Part shown: piece by piece, positions 22,371 through 32,000 of the stretch
Numbering within the stretch: the stretch's first letter is position 1
How the letters are laid out: each line of letters starts with the position of its first letter
NCBI GenBank assembly: GCA_002269645.1
Contig: NIVC01001827.1
Span: 294,642-358,641 of the forward strand
DNA: 64,000 bases
Source: Macrostomum lignano
Taxonomy: Eukaryota
Reading direction: 5' to 3'
The notes under the pieces: generated by a model
Told to the model about the DNA's origin: nothing
Database searches by the model: none
The model's input: only the letters and a program-made list of their open reading frames with translations
Program-made: the position numbers and the translations under genes

Positions 22371-22920
22371 GACCATAGACATATAGGCATAGGTATTTAT
22401 GGGCTTAGATTCACTGTAAAAGGAAAAAGAACGTCAGGATAAATTTTTATTTGTTAGTATGCACCACGCTTCAAACATGATTAATCATTTAATCAATTAT
22501 TCAAATTTGCCTGGAGAAGTTGTATCTGGTATGTCGAACGAAGAGCTGGCCTGGATTTCAGCGGAGTCAAACAGCCGGTATTAGGAGGAATTGAGCAAGG
22601 AATTCGCGGACAAGATCGAGTCAGAAGAGATTCTCGACATTCCAGACGACGTGATTGAAGAGCTAAATGAGCTAGAACGCGATGGTATACTCGATTCTTC
22701 TGTTCGGCAGATTGCAAAGAATCGCCTCTGGAGAGATTAATGCCCATCCTGGACCTCAACGACATGGAACCTTTTTGACGGAAGTAAGGAATCTGGATGA
22801 TTACGTATCGCGACTGAGATGTACAAGAAACGGCTTGAACAGTCGTCAAAGTGGGCATCAATGCCTTCATTGTGCAGTGAAAGCGGTGAACCTGCGCGTG
22901 TCAAAGCGACGTTCTTCTAC
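22371..22920 (+). pseudogene. Decayed Crypton-like element, 5' part
   Basis: GACCATAGACA at 22371; ATG 22477 reads LINYSNLPGEVVSGMSNEELAWIS vs LINWKNLPVDSLDGVSSTELDFLS in the 11560 ORF; in-frame stops at 22582 and 22738. Confidence 0.65.
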
Positions 22921-23464
22921 TTAAAATGTCCATGGACTTCTAACCTTCTGCTATCACAACGAGTATATCAATATATATATTCTAGTGGCATTTTTTTCTG
23001 ATTTGTTTCACCTTAGACATATTTGATGCAATGTATTCTGCGAAATATCGGTTGTGAAGTTGCTTGTAGAGTGCAATCAAGAAATAATAAAGACTACCGT
23101 CACAACTAAATGATTTGGATCAACCAGAAAATTTGCTTTTTTAGGAATTCAATAAAGAGAACTTAAGTAAAAATTGTCAGTATATTTGCGGACTCAAAAA
23201 ATAATACAATTCGGGTTTCATAAAACTTATTCAAACTTTTTGTTTAAACACTATATAATAAGTTAAAGTCGTGTCTTGTAAAAGATTGATAAAAAACGTA
23301 ATGGTTGAGCCTCCGATGTTCTTTGCGAACAATTTAAAATACTCGATGCTCTTCCAAACTTAATTAAATGTGTACCAGTAAAACACTGTTTGAACGGGTA
23401 CAGTTACAGCTCCTCCAATCGACCACTGTTTCAGTAGCCAGGCTCTGAAAGAATAGAATTCAGA

Positions 23465-23735
23465 AGGGCAGAGCAATGCGGGATGGTTGTGTGAAATGTA
23501 CATACGGGGAAGGGGTAAAGCAATGTGGGGATGGTTGAGTGAAATGTACATACGGGGAAGGGGTAGAGCAATACGGGGTTGGTTTTAAGAAATGTACATA
23601 CGGGGAAGGGGTAGAGCAATGGGGGTTGGTTGTGTGAAATGTACATACGGGGAAGAGGTAGAGCAATACGGGGTTGGTTTTAAGAAATGTACATACGGGG
23701 AAGGGGTAGAGCAATGAGGGGATGGTGGTGTGAAA
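23465..23735. repeat. 47-48-bp minisatellite, ~6 units
   Basis: GAAATGTACATACGGGGAAG recurs at 23493, 23541, 23589, 23636 and 23684. Confidence 0.85.
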
Positions 23736-24134
23736 TTTACGAGTAATAATAGCAACAATAGCTCATCAGCATAGTCATAAAAATCAAACTTACACTATGC
23801 ATCGATGTTGAAAAAGCAATCCAGCTCTACATGCCAATAAAGGAAGCTTTTCGCGGGGGCGCCACGGCGATTTGATCGGTAAGCGAAATCCGACGACTGT
23901 CACTGGTATCAAGCCGCGGCGGGGGGTCGAAACTTTGAATCGACGGCTTTCCTGGTCGGTTGCTCACCTGATATTCGAAAACGAGTTGACTTATAACTAT
24001 TGACTGATTGCGTTTCTTAATGGCATTAACAGGGACGTCGCCAGGAGGGGGGGGGGCAGGAGGCAGGGGCATAGGAGGGACAGGGGAAGACAGTGGGGAC
24101 AGGTGGGAGAGGAGGGACAATGGGGAAAGGAGGG

Positions 24135-24420
24135 ACTAAAATGAGTGCCCGAGGCGCCAAAATGAGTGCCTGCTTCCGGTTCCAAAATTAGTGCCTGCTT
24201 GTGGCGCCAAAATGAGTGCCTGGGCGCCAAAATGAGTTCCTGAGGCGCCAAAATGAAGGCCTGAGGCGCCAAAATGAGTGCCTGAGGAGCCAAAATGAGT
24301 GCCTGAGGAGCCAAAATGAGTGCCTGAGACGCCAAAATGCCAAAATGAGTGCCTAATTGGGGCGCTAAAATGAGTGCCTGAGGCGCCAAAATAAGTGCCT
24401 GCGGTGCCAAAGTGAGTACT
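24135..24420. repeat. ~21-bp minisatellite (GCGCCAAAATGAGTGCCTGAG)
   Basis: Direct reading; preceded by CAGGGACGTCGCCAGGAGGGGG, possibly a MITE end. Confidence 0.8.
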
Positions 24421-24992
24421 AACAACAGCAATTCCTTTGCTATAATATTAATAACAGAATGCTTTGTTCTGGAGTTTAGGTTTTGTCCCTCTCACCATAA
24501 AAGCCATGGCAACGCCCATTTGAATCATAATTCTTTATAAGAAAAAATTCTTGACGTAAACGATAGATCCTACTTATACGAGTATAAAGTAGAAAACGGC
24601 TGCAATAGTCAGTGCGCCTATTAAAGATGAGTTCTTTATGTACATAATTATACTTTAGGACATTAAGTGGAGGGCAGTTTACTAATTTTCAAGTTTAGGA
24701 AGTCCTTGGAGAGGCGGAATTTTGTCCTTCAGCTGGAAGGTGATTAACCTTCCAAGTCCTTCTACTTGTGCAGTCCTTGTTATTAACTATTCCCGAAAGA
24801 ATGTTAGTTTGAGCTTTGCTATCACCTAGTTTAGGCTGACAGGTACTCATAGGTCATGACATTTTTAACAACTGGGAGAATCCTGAGCCTTCTCTTAAGG
24901 AATGATAAATTGCTCAAGCAGTCTCAGTGCCATTGCGAGGGGCAAGCAGTCAGGCCCGTTCCGCTGACCCCTGAGCACGCAAGCGCACGCGC

Positions 24993-25439
24993 TCACACAG
25001 GGTGTGTACATCGGCCCTGACTGTCCCATTGTCGAGAATTCTCCACCCCTACCTTGAAGAATTTCTTCTTTTTCACAGCAGCCGGCTGTGCATCACTGGT
25101 TTCGCCTTCAGCGTCAGCGTCCTCGTCAGCACCAGCATCCTGTTCTGGCTTGACGTCCGCGTCAGCGTCCGCCTGTCCGAACAGCTGGCCGAACACGAGG
25201 TGCCAGACGTCGCGAAAGTAGCGCCGCTGGCAGTCGAGGGCGCGCATCGCCAGCCGTTTGGCGTTGCCGGGATCGGTGAACCGCAACTCGGCGTAGCAGC
25301 AGGGCAGGCAGCAGCCAGGGGCGCTGCAGCGCGTGTACACCGGCATGCAGGTGGACTCCAGGGAGAAGTCCCTGCTGATCGGCAATTGCCTGTCGGCGGC
25401 ATGGCTGCGGCAGCATTGGGTAGTGCAGTAGCGTTGCAT
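24993..25439 (-). CDS. Hypothetical Cys-motif protein X3 (upstream ATG at 25520 also possible; possible second exon 23967-23827)
   Basis: CSAPGCCLPC...CQRRYFRDVWHLVFGQLF; GC-rich ORF; GTGAGCG follows the ORF end as in X1. Confidence 0.65.
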   Translation of the reverse strand: MQRYCTTQCCRSHAADRQLPISRDFSLESTCMPVYTRCSAPGCCLPCCYAELRFTDPGNAKRLAMRALDCQRRYFRDVWHLVFGQLFGQADADADVKPEQDAGADEDADAEGETSDAQPAAVKKKKFFKVGVENSRQWDSQGRCTHPV

Positions 25440-25809
25440 GTTGAAGGCTGCTTTAAAAGGCGAGCTGCTTGAATTCCAAATTGAAAGTTGAAGCGAAGTG
25501 AGCAGAATTTTACTATACATTTATTTGTGCGACTGTCTCTGGCAGATAGACTGACTGGAGTATTCATTAGATATGCACTTTTAGCCTTCGACTGCTGCCA
25601 CAGACCATGGGCCGGCTTTTTTAACCTTTTTAAAGAATTATGGCCGCGGGCCAGATGAGAGCAGAAAAAAAGATGAGAGGTATACATTCTCATCCTTTTC
25701 CCAGTGTGGCGATGGAGAAGATGAAAGAAAAAAGAGGAGAGGGAGAGAGGGGAGAGAAGAGTGCGAAGCAGGGAGAGGAAAAGGGTGAGATGAGAAAGAG
25801 AACGGAAAG

Positions 25810-25820
25810 AGGAGAGAGAT

Positions 25821-25873
<53 letters not shown>

Positions 25874-25972
25874 GAGAGAGAGTGGAAGAGAGAGAGAGAG
25901 TGGAAGAGAGAGAGAGAGAGAGAGAGAGAGGGAGTGAGAGAGAGAGTGGAAGAGAGAGAGAGGGAGTGAAGT

Positions 25973-26039
<67 letters not shown>

Positions 26040-26046
26040 TGAAGTG

Positions 26047-26077
<31 letters not shown>

Positions 26078-26085
26078 GAGAGAGG
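25810..26085. repeat. Complex (GA)n microsatellite, left flank of composite retroelement
   Basis: (GA)n with GGGAGTGAAGTGA interruptions that also occur in the right flank. Confidence 0.95.
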
Positions 26086-26154
26086 AGGGCGCCTCCAATC
26101 TCAGGCACGGACGCGGTACATGTAAAAAGGACAAACAAGTCAAGATGATTTAAG

Positions 26155-26195
26155 TTGCCGATATTTCGAATTAGGTAAATTCTTCGTCAGGGCAA
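26155..26195 (-). ncRNA. Minimal type I hammerhead ribozyme
   Basis: Minus strand TTGCC-CTGACGA-A-GAATT(TACCT)AATTC-GAAA-TAT-C/GGCAA: stem I TTGCC:GGCAA, core CUGANGA/GAAA, stem II, palindromic ATAT stem III, AUC cleavage triplet (cut between 26160 and 26159). Confidence 0.8.
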
Positions 26196-26806
26196 ATGAA
26201 AAGTAGCGACAAGTGGTGTTGTAAAAGTTATTAAATAGGCGGGTTAGAGGGGAGAGAGAGTAGGCAGGTAGATAGAGAGCGTACGGTATGTACACTTGGT
26301 GTGAGTCGATAAAACACTATTAGAGTTGAAAATGCAAAATAAAAAACAGTGCACAAATAAAGTGAACCGCACGTGGGCTGCAGCGATCCTACACACGAAA
26401 TAAATAATGGAATAGTGCGACTGCACCGGTGTCTAAAAAGGGGAAAGAGTGACTCTAAGCACTTTACAAAATTGACCTCAATAAATAAATAAGCAGTAAA
26501 TCAATAAATAAATAAATAAGGTGAAAGGCCCTCAAAAACTTAAAAAAGAGCAATTGTACGATAAGCAAAATAGTAAAAGTAAAAAGTGTAATAAAAACTA
26601 AAAAGTACAGGGTGTCAAGAAACAATAGAAATGTTGATGCAGAATAAATGCTGAGAATATACAAAAGCTGTGCTTGGGCTAGCGATGAGAATAAAAAAAT
26701 TTCTAAGAAAGGAGCAATAAAAGGCTTGGTAGGTATCGGCACGGTCTGACAAAGGTAAGTAGTAGGGAAAGTGAAGTAAAAAATCAAAAGGAAAAAATAA
26801 AAAGAT

Positions 26807-29098
26807 TCAATCAGTGGTGGACTCCAGTCGACTGGGACAGAGCAGCTGCCGGAGGTTCCGCCCTTTGGTGTAGGCGGGCAGCACCGGCGCCTCGCAGCAC
26901 CGGGCCACGCGGTCCTTCACCGCGGCCACCAGGGCGTCCGACCTCGCACAATGGGGCAGGATCAGCGGGATGGCCGGGTTGTGCAGCGTGCCGGCAAGCT
27001 CGTTGACGCCGTGCGGGGTTTGAGTATTTAACACCTCGATGAGCTTGGCCTCGTGGCGCTGCCGCCGCTCGTTCGCTCTGGGTCCCGTGCCGTCACGAGA
27101 CCAGATGCCGGTGAAGGCGAAGTCCGCCAGACTGTGGCCATCACTGGTGAAATGGCGGGCCACCGGAGTGTCACGGGCGTGCCGGATGTCGCCGATGTGC
27201 GCCAGCATGCGGCCGCGGATGCTGTTGGCGGTCTCGCCTACGTAGATCGTGTGGTCGCACCGGCGGCAGAACACGGCATAGACGGCGTTGGTGGCGTTGC
27301 AGTCGATCCGCTGACTGATGATGAGCTGGACTGTCGTGGCTGCTGATCCGGGGCAGACGGAGGCGAACCTGGCGTGTGCCTGGCAGCACCTGCACAGCCG
27401 GGTCGGGTTGCACGGCAGAAAGCCGAATTCCCACCGTCTCGTCGGGTAGAAGCCCAGCTCCGTCAGCATCTCGTACTTGATCGTGCGCAGGAACCGCCGA
27501 TTGTAGCCCTGGTGTTGCACCAGACTTGAAAACAGCCCGGTGCACGCTGCGTCGAAATCGGCCATCAGGGAACACCGCCGGGCGTATCTGAGGAGCTGGG
27601 ACTTCACCACGCCCCGGAACGTCCGCTTCGGGTGGAAAGAGTCGCGGTGAATGAGCGTTCGGCTGTCGGTCGGCTTAAAATACACCTTAGTTGCCAGGCG
27701 CTTAACGTCACCCTCGCGGTCCCAGAAGACGGTGGTATCCAGGAAGTTGACCTCGGTGCTGCTGTAGCTCAGCTGCAACCTGATGTTCGGGTCGAGGCCA
27801 TCCAGGAGCTCGTGGAAGCGGACCAGCTCGTCTCTCGTTCCGTGCCAGACGCCGAAGATGTCGTCGATGTAGCGCAGCCACAGGGCGGGCTTCTGCGGGC
27901 TGAGCTCCAGGCCCCGCTGCTCCCAGTAGCCCATGTAGATGTTACTGTAGCTGGGCGCAAACGATTTTCCCATGGCCGTGCCTTTCACTTGCAGAAAAAA
28001 TTTGCCATCGAACTCGAAGTCGTTGCGCTCCAGGTTCAGCTTGAGCAAACTGAGGAGGCTCGCGTCCGGGCGCCGGGCGTCCGGGTGCTCTCTGAAGGCC
28101 CTCTGTACGCACTCGAGTCCGGCCGCGGTCGGGATGTTAGTGTAAAGGCTGGCGACGTCCATGGTGAACAGAAAGGTCTCGCCCCGCGCCGGGCAGGTGA
28201 TGTCTCTGATGGCCGCCTGGAAATGATCGGTATCCCTGATGAAGCTGGGCAGCTGGATGACGATCGGCTGCAGGAAGCTGTCGATGAAGCGGCCGCTGGC
28301 ATATGATTCGCTGTCCACGTCAGACACGATGGGCCGGCCTGGCGGGATGTCGCCGAGCGGCCACGACTCGGCAGGCTTGTGAATCTTTGGCAGGATGTAA
28401 AAGCGTCGTGTCCGGAACTCCTCCTTCGGGCAGAAGGCGGTGAACTGGCGTTTGTCGATAAGCCTGCGGTCCAGTAGCGACTGGAAGACGGCGCGGATTC
28501 TCTGGGCCGTGAAGCGGTTGATCGGCTCGTTCAGAGGCCGGTAGAAGGCCGGGTCGTCCAGCTGACGCAGGCATTCACGGACATAGTCCTGCCGGTCCAG
28601 GATGACCAGCTGGCTGCCCTTGTCGGCCGGCTTGATGACGATGGACTTGTCTGCCCGTAGATCTCGCAGTGCCTTCGCCTCCGCCTGACTGATGTTAGGA
28701 GCGTTCCTGCAGTCCCGGATGTTCTCCCTGACGTCGTCCAGCTCCGCCAGAGCGGCTTGAATTTCGGGCCGGAGGCGGCTCGGATCGATGCTGGCCGTTG
28801 GGCGGCGGGGAAGCGGCGGACCGTCGTTCACCGTCAGTTCGCGCTTGAAGCCGCGAGCCGCCGACACGGCCAGACGCTCGCCAAAGTCGCGGACGCCGGA
28901 CGCCAGTGACTCCGCCGAGGTGCACCGAGGAGCCACTACGAAGGACTGGCCGCGCTCCAGCAGTTGCAGTTCAGTCGGTGCGAGAGCGCGGCTGGAGAGG
29001 TTCGTCACCCTCAGTTGGGGGGGCCCATGGCTCGCCCCCGGCCCGCTCAGTTTTTTGGAAGGTCGCCCACCGTCTCCAGGGTGACGGCGAACGCCCCA
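26807..29098 (-). CDS. Penelope-like element RT + GIY-YIG endonuclease (no in-frame ATG at the start; frame open from 29098)
   Basis: TNLS...E..LL.RG N-terminus, GRPIVS, DVASLYT, QVKGTAMG, RYIDD, Cys-rich linker CNPTRLCRCC, VYAVFC..C...IYVGET endonuclease. Confidence 0.93.
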   Translation of the reverse strand, partial: WGVRRHPGDGGRPSKKLSGPGASHGPPQLRVTNLSSRALAPTELQLLERGQSFVVAPRCTSAESLASGVRDFGERLAVSAARGFKRELTVNDGPPLPRRPTASIDPSRLRPEIQAALAELDDVRENIRDCRNAPNISQAEAKALRDLRADKSIVIKPADKGSQLVILDRQDYVRECLRQLDDPAFYRPLNEPINRFTAQRIRAVFQSLLDRRLIDKRQFTAFCPKEEFRTRRFYILPKIHKPAESWPLGDIPPGRPIVSDVDSESYASGRFIDSFLQPIVIQLPSFIRDTDHFQAAIRDITCPARGETFLFTMDVASLYTNIPTAAGLECVQRAFREHPDARRPDASLLSLLKLNLERNDFEFDGKFFLQVKGTAMGKSFAPSYSNIYMGYWEQRGLELSPQKPALWLRYIDDIFGVWHGTRDELVRFHELLDGLDPNIRLQLSYSSTEVNFLDTTVFWDREGDVKRLATKVYFKPTDSRTLIHRDSFHPKRTFRGVVKSQLLRYARRCSLMADFDAACTGLFSSLVQHQGYNRRFLRTIKYEMLTELGFYPTRRWEFGFLPCNPTRLCRCCQAHARFASVCPGSAATTVQLIISQRIDCNATNAVYAVFCRRCDHTIYVGETANSIRGRMLAHIGDIRHARDTPVARHFTSDGHSLADFAFTGIWSRDGTGPRANERRQRHEAKLIEVLNTQTPHGVNELAGTLHNPAIPLILPHCARSDALVAAVKDRVARCCEAPVLPAYTKGRNLRQLLCPSRLESTTD
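29015..29056 (-). promoter_or_regulatory. Putative -1 ribosomal frameshift signal A-AAA-AAC plus GC-rich stem
   Basis: ORF1 ends CCA AAA AAC TGA; the -1 frame is the RT-EN frame; downstream GGGGGC...GCCCCC can pair. Confidence 0.75.
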
Positions 29099-32000
29099 TC
29101 AGCAGACTGTCGCTCCAGGCTGATCTGGTCCCGTCGGAATGTCAGGACCTTGGTGTCCAGCGAGATCAGGCTGACAGATCGGTAGCTGCTCAGGAGCTGG
29201 TTCGTCTTGCGACAGTTACTCTTCTGGAGCGCCGGCGCATCGGGGGGGCACACGGTCTGCACCACCCAGATTGACGCGCCGGGGAAAGCCTTCCTGATGT
29301 TGGTCAGGCTCATCTTCCAGAGCTTGGCGATGGAGAAGTCGAAGCTCTCACGGTGGAGGTCGTTGTTGCCGGCCCAGACGATGACGCGGCCCGTGTCGGG
29401 ACTCGCATTCTCCACCTTGCTGATGTTCTTCAGGTAGTCCAGCGTGAGGCCCGGGAAGCAGTGCACCTCTAGGTCTGGCGAGGCCAGCTTCACGAATTCC
29501 ACGTTCTGGTCAGCGATCACCAGAGTGGGCTTCTGCTTTGACCTCAGCTTCCAGTGCTTCTTGGCTCCGTGGTGGTAGATGACTTTGTTCTCCCGTAAGC
29601 TTCTGGCAGTCTTCGACGGTTGCATGAGGCTCCCGGAATCCGGAGAAGCAGATGGGGGCCTCTTCCTGGTGGCCGCCGGGGTTCCAGAGTCTGCGGCATC
29701 TTCGCTTGTCCGGGCGGTGACAGTCTCTGGGACACCAGTAGACGTAGTCATGGGGAGGGATACCTCCCTGTTTGTCGGAGTCTCAATTGAGGCACAGTCC
29801 TGTGCGGATGGCGCCGTAGAGTTCTCTTCATGAGTCGTCGAAGCTGACGAGGCCGCCGATGAAGCCGCCGGTACAGTCGCCGCCGATGAAACCGCCGGCG
29901 CAGTCGCCGACGAGGCCGCCGACGAAGCCGCCGATGAAGCCGCCGGCGCGGTCGCCGACGAGGCCGCCGACGAAGCCGCCGATGAAGCCGCCGGCGCGGT
30001 CGCCGACGAGGCCGCCGACGAGGCCGCCGACGAAGCCGCCGATGAAGCCGCCGGCGCGGTCGCCGACGAGGCCGCCGACGAAGCCGCCGATGAAGCCGCC
30101 GGCGCGGTCGCCGACGAGGCCGCCGACGAAGCCGCCGATGAAGCCGCCGGCGCGGTCGCCGACGAGGCCGCCAACGAAGCCGCCGATGAAGCCGCCGGCG
30201 CGGTCGCCGACGAGGCCGCCGGCGCAGTCGCCGACGAGGCCGCCGACGAAGCCACCGATGAAGCCGCCAGCGCGGTCGCCGACGAGGCCGCCGACGAGGC
30301 CGCCGACGAGGCCGCCGACGAAGCCACCGATGAAGCCGCCGGCGCGGTCGCCGACGAAGCCGCCGATGAAGCCGACGAGCCCGCCGACGAAGCCACCGAT
30401 GAAGCCGCCGGCGCAGTCACCGCCGATGAAGCCGCCGGCGCGGTCGCCGACGAAGCCGCCGATGAAGCCGCCGGCGCGGTCGCCGACGAGGCCGCCGTTG
30501 AGGCCGCTGGCGCGTTAGCTCCAGTCACGAAGGTGGACATGAGCTCCTCCGACGCCTCCTCGATGATGGAAGCCAATGAACTGGACGTAGGTGGGGCAGC
30601 GGTCGAAGCTTGGGAATGCGTCGTGGCCTGGAGCTGCGTATCCGGTTCACTCAAACAGCCAGCCAGTGCCTTGAACCCATGGGTGTGCAGGCGCTCCATC
30701 ACACCGTCAAGGATGCGGGGACTCCAGGCTCTGCCAATCTTGTTGGCGGCCCACCGCCAACCAAGGCCCGGAAACCAAAATCGCGAGGTAACTTTTTTCT
30801 TCGTCTTGAAAAATCCGCTGTGCGCTCCACTGGCTCCACTGTGTAATTCTGAGATGACCAAATTCGTCGTTTCTGCCGTCAGAACAACTTTGAAATTCTT
30901 CTCTGTCCTGATGCACAGCAGGTCATTGACCATGCACAGTTCATCTTTTCTGGCCATCAGCGCCTTCCAGTAGGGTGTTCCTGGTCCCGGGTGCCTAGTT
31001 CCAAGCGACTCTAGTCGCCCTGTCTGCACTGCCTGTCTTAGCGGACGTAGTTCAGGATGCTCGAGCTGCGCTTCATGGACGCGTTGTTGGAGTCCCGACC
31101 CGAATGTTACTGCACCGACCTCAGGCTGCTCCTTGCAGGACGGGCACGTGGTTGCTCCAAAGTGGCTTCTCGGCCTACGTGATAACCCGTCGGCATTCCC
31201 ATGGTCCCGGCCTGCTCGATGTATGATCGTGTAGTCAAAGCAGGCTAGCTGCTCCAGCCATCTCGCAGCTTGACCTTCAATATTCTTGAATGAATGCAGC
31301 CAGCGCAGACTGCTATGGTCGGTTCGAAGAATGAAGTGCTTCCCGAGCAGAAAGTACTTGAATTGGCGAATAAAGGTAACTACAGCGAGGAGCTCAACGC
31401 GGGTCGTGCAGTAATTCCGCTCTGCAGATGACAGGGTGCGTGATCCGTACGCAATGACTTTCTCCGACCCGTCCGGTTGCAGCTGAGATAGGACGCCTCC
31501 GATTCCCACTGACGAACTGCCATCTGTATCCAAGATGAACGGCGGTGCATCTGGAGCGAAGTTCGGGTACGCCATGACCTGTTCTCCGGTCAACGCCTCT
31601 TTCAGCCGCTGGAAGGCTTCTTCTTGGGCCGATCCCCACTGGAACGGTGATGTAGATCTCGTCAGTTCCGTCAACGGTTCAGCTGTGTGCGAAAAATCTT
31701 GAATAAAACGCCTGTAGTAGCCAACAGTGCCGAGAAACGCTTGCACATCCTTGACAGTGCATGGTGTCGGCCACTCGCAAATTGCTCGGACCTTCTCTGG
31801 GTCAGTTCCGATGCCGTCCGCCGAGACTCGATGACCCAGAAAGCTCACTTCGGAACTGAGCAGCTCGCACTTCTTCGGATTCAGCTTTAGATTTGCACTT
31901 CTCAGCCGCTGAAAAATTTCACTCAACCTGGCCAGATGATCTTCCACGGTGTTGGAAAAAACCAAAATGTCGTCCAGATACACGAGGCATATCTTCCAGC

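Noticed and set aside
29859-30518. Plus-strand Pro/Lys-rich ORF, and other antisense ORFs over the retroelement (e.g. 27632-28306)
   Set aside because: Shadow frames of GC-rich minus-strand coding sequence.
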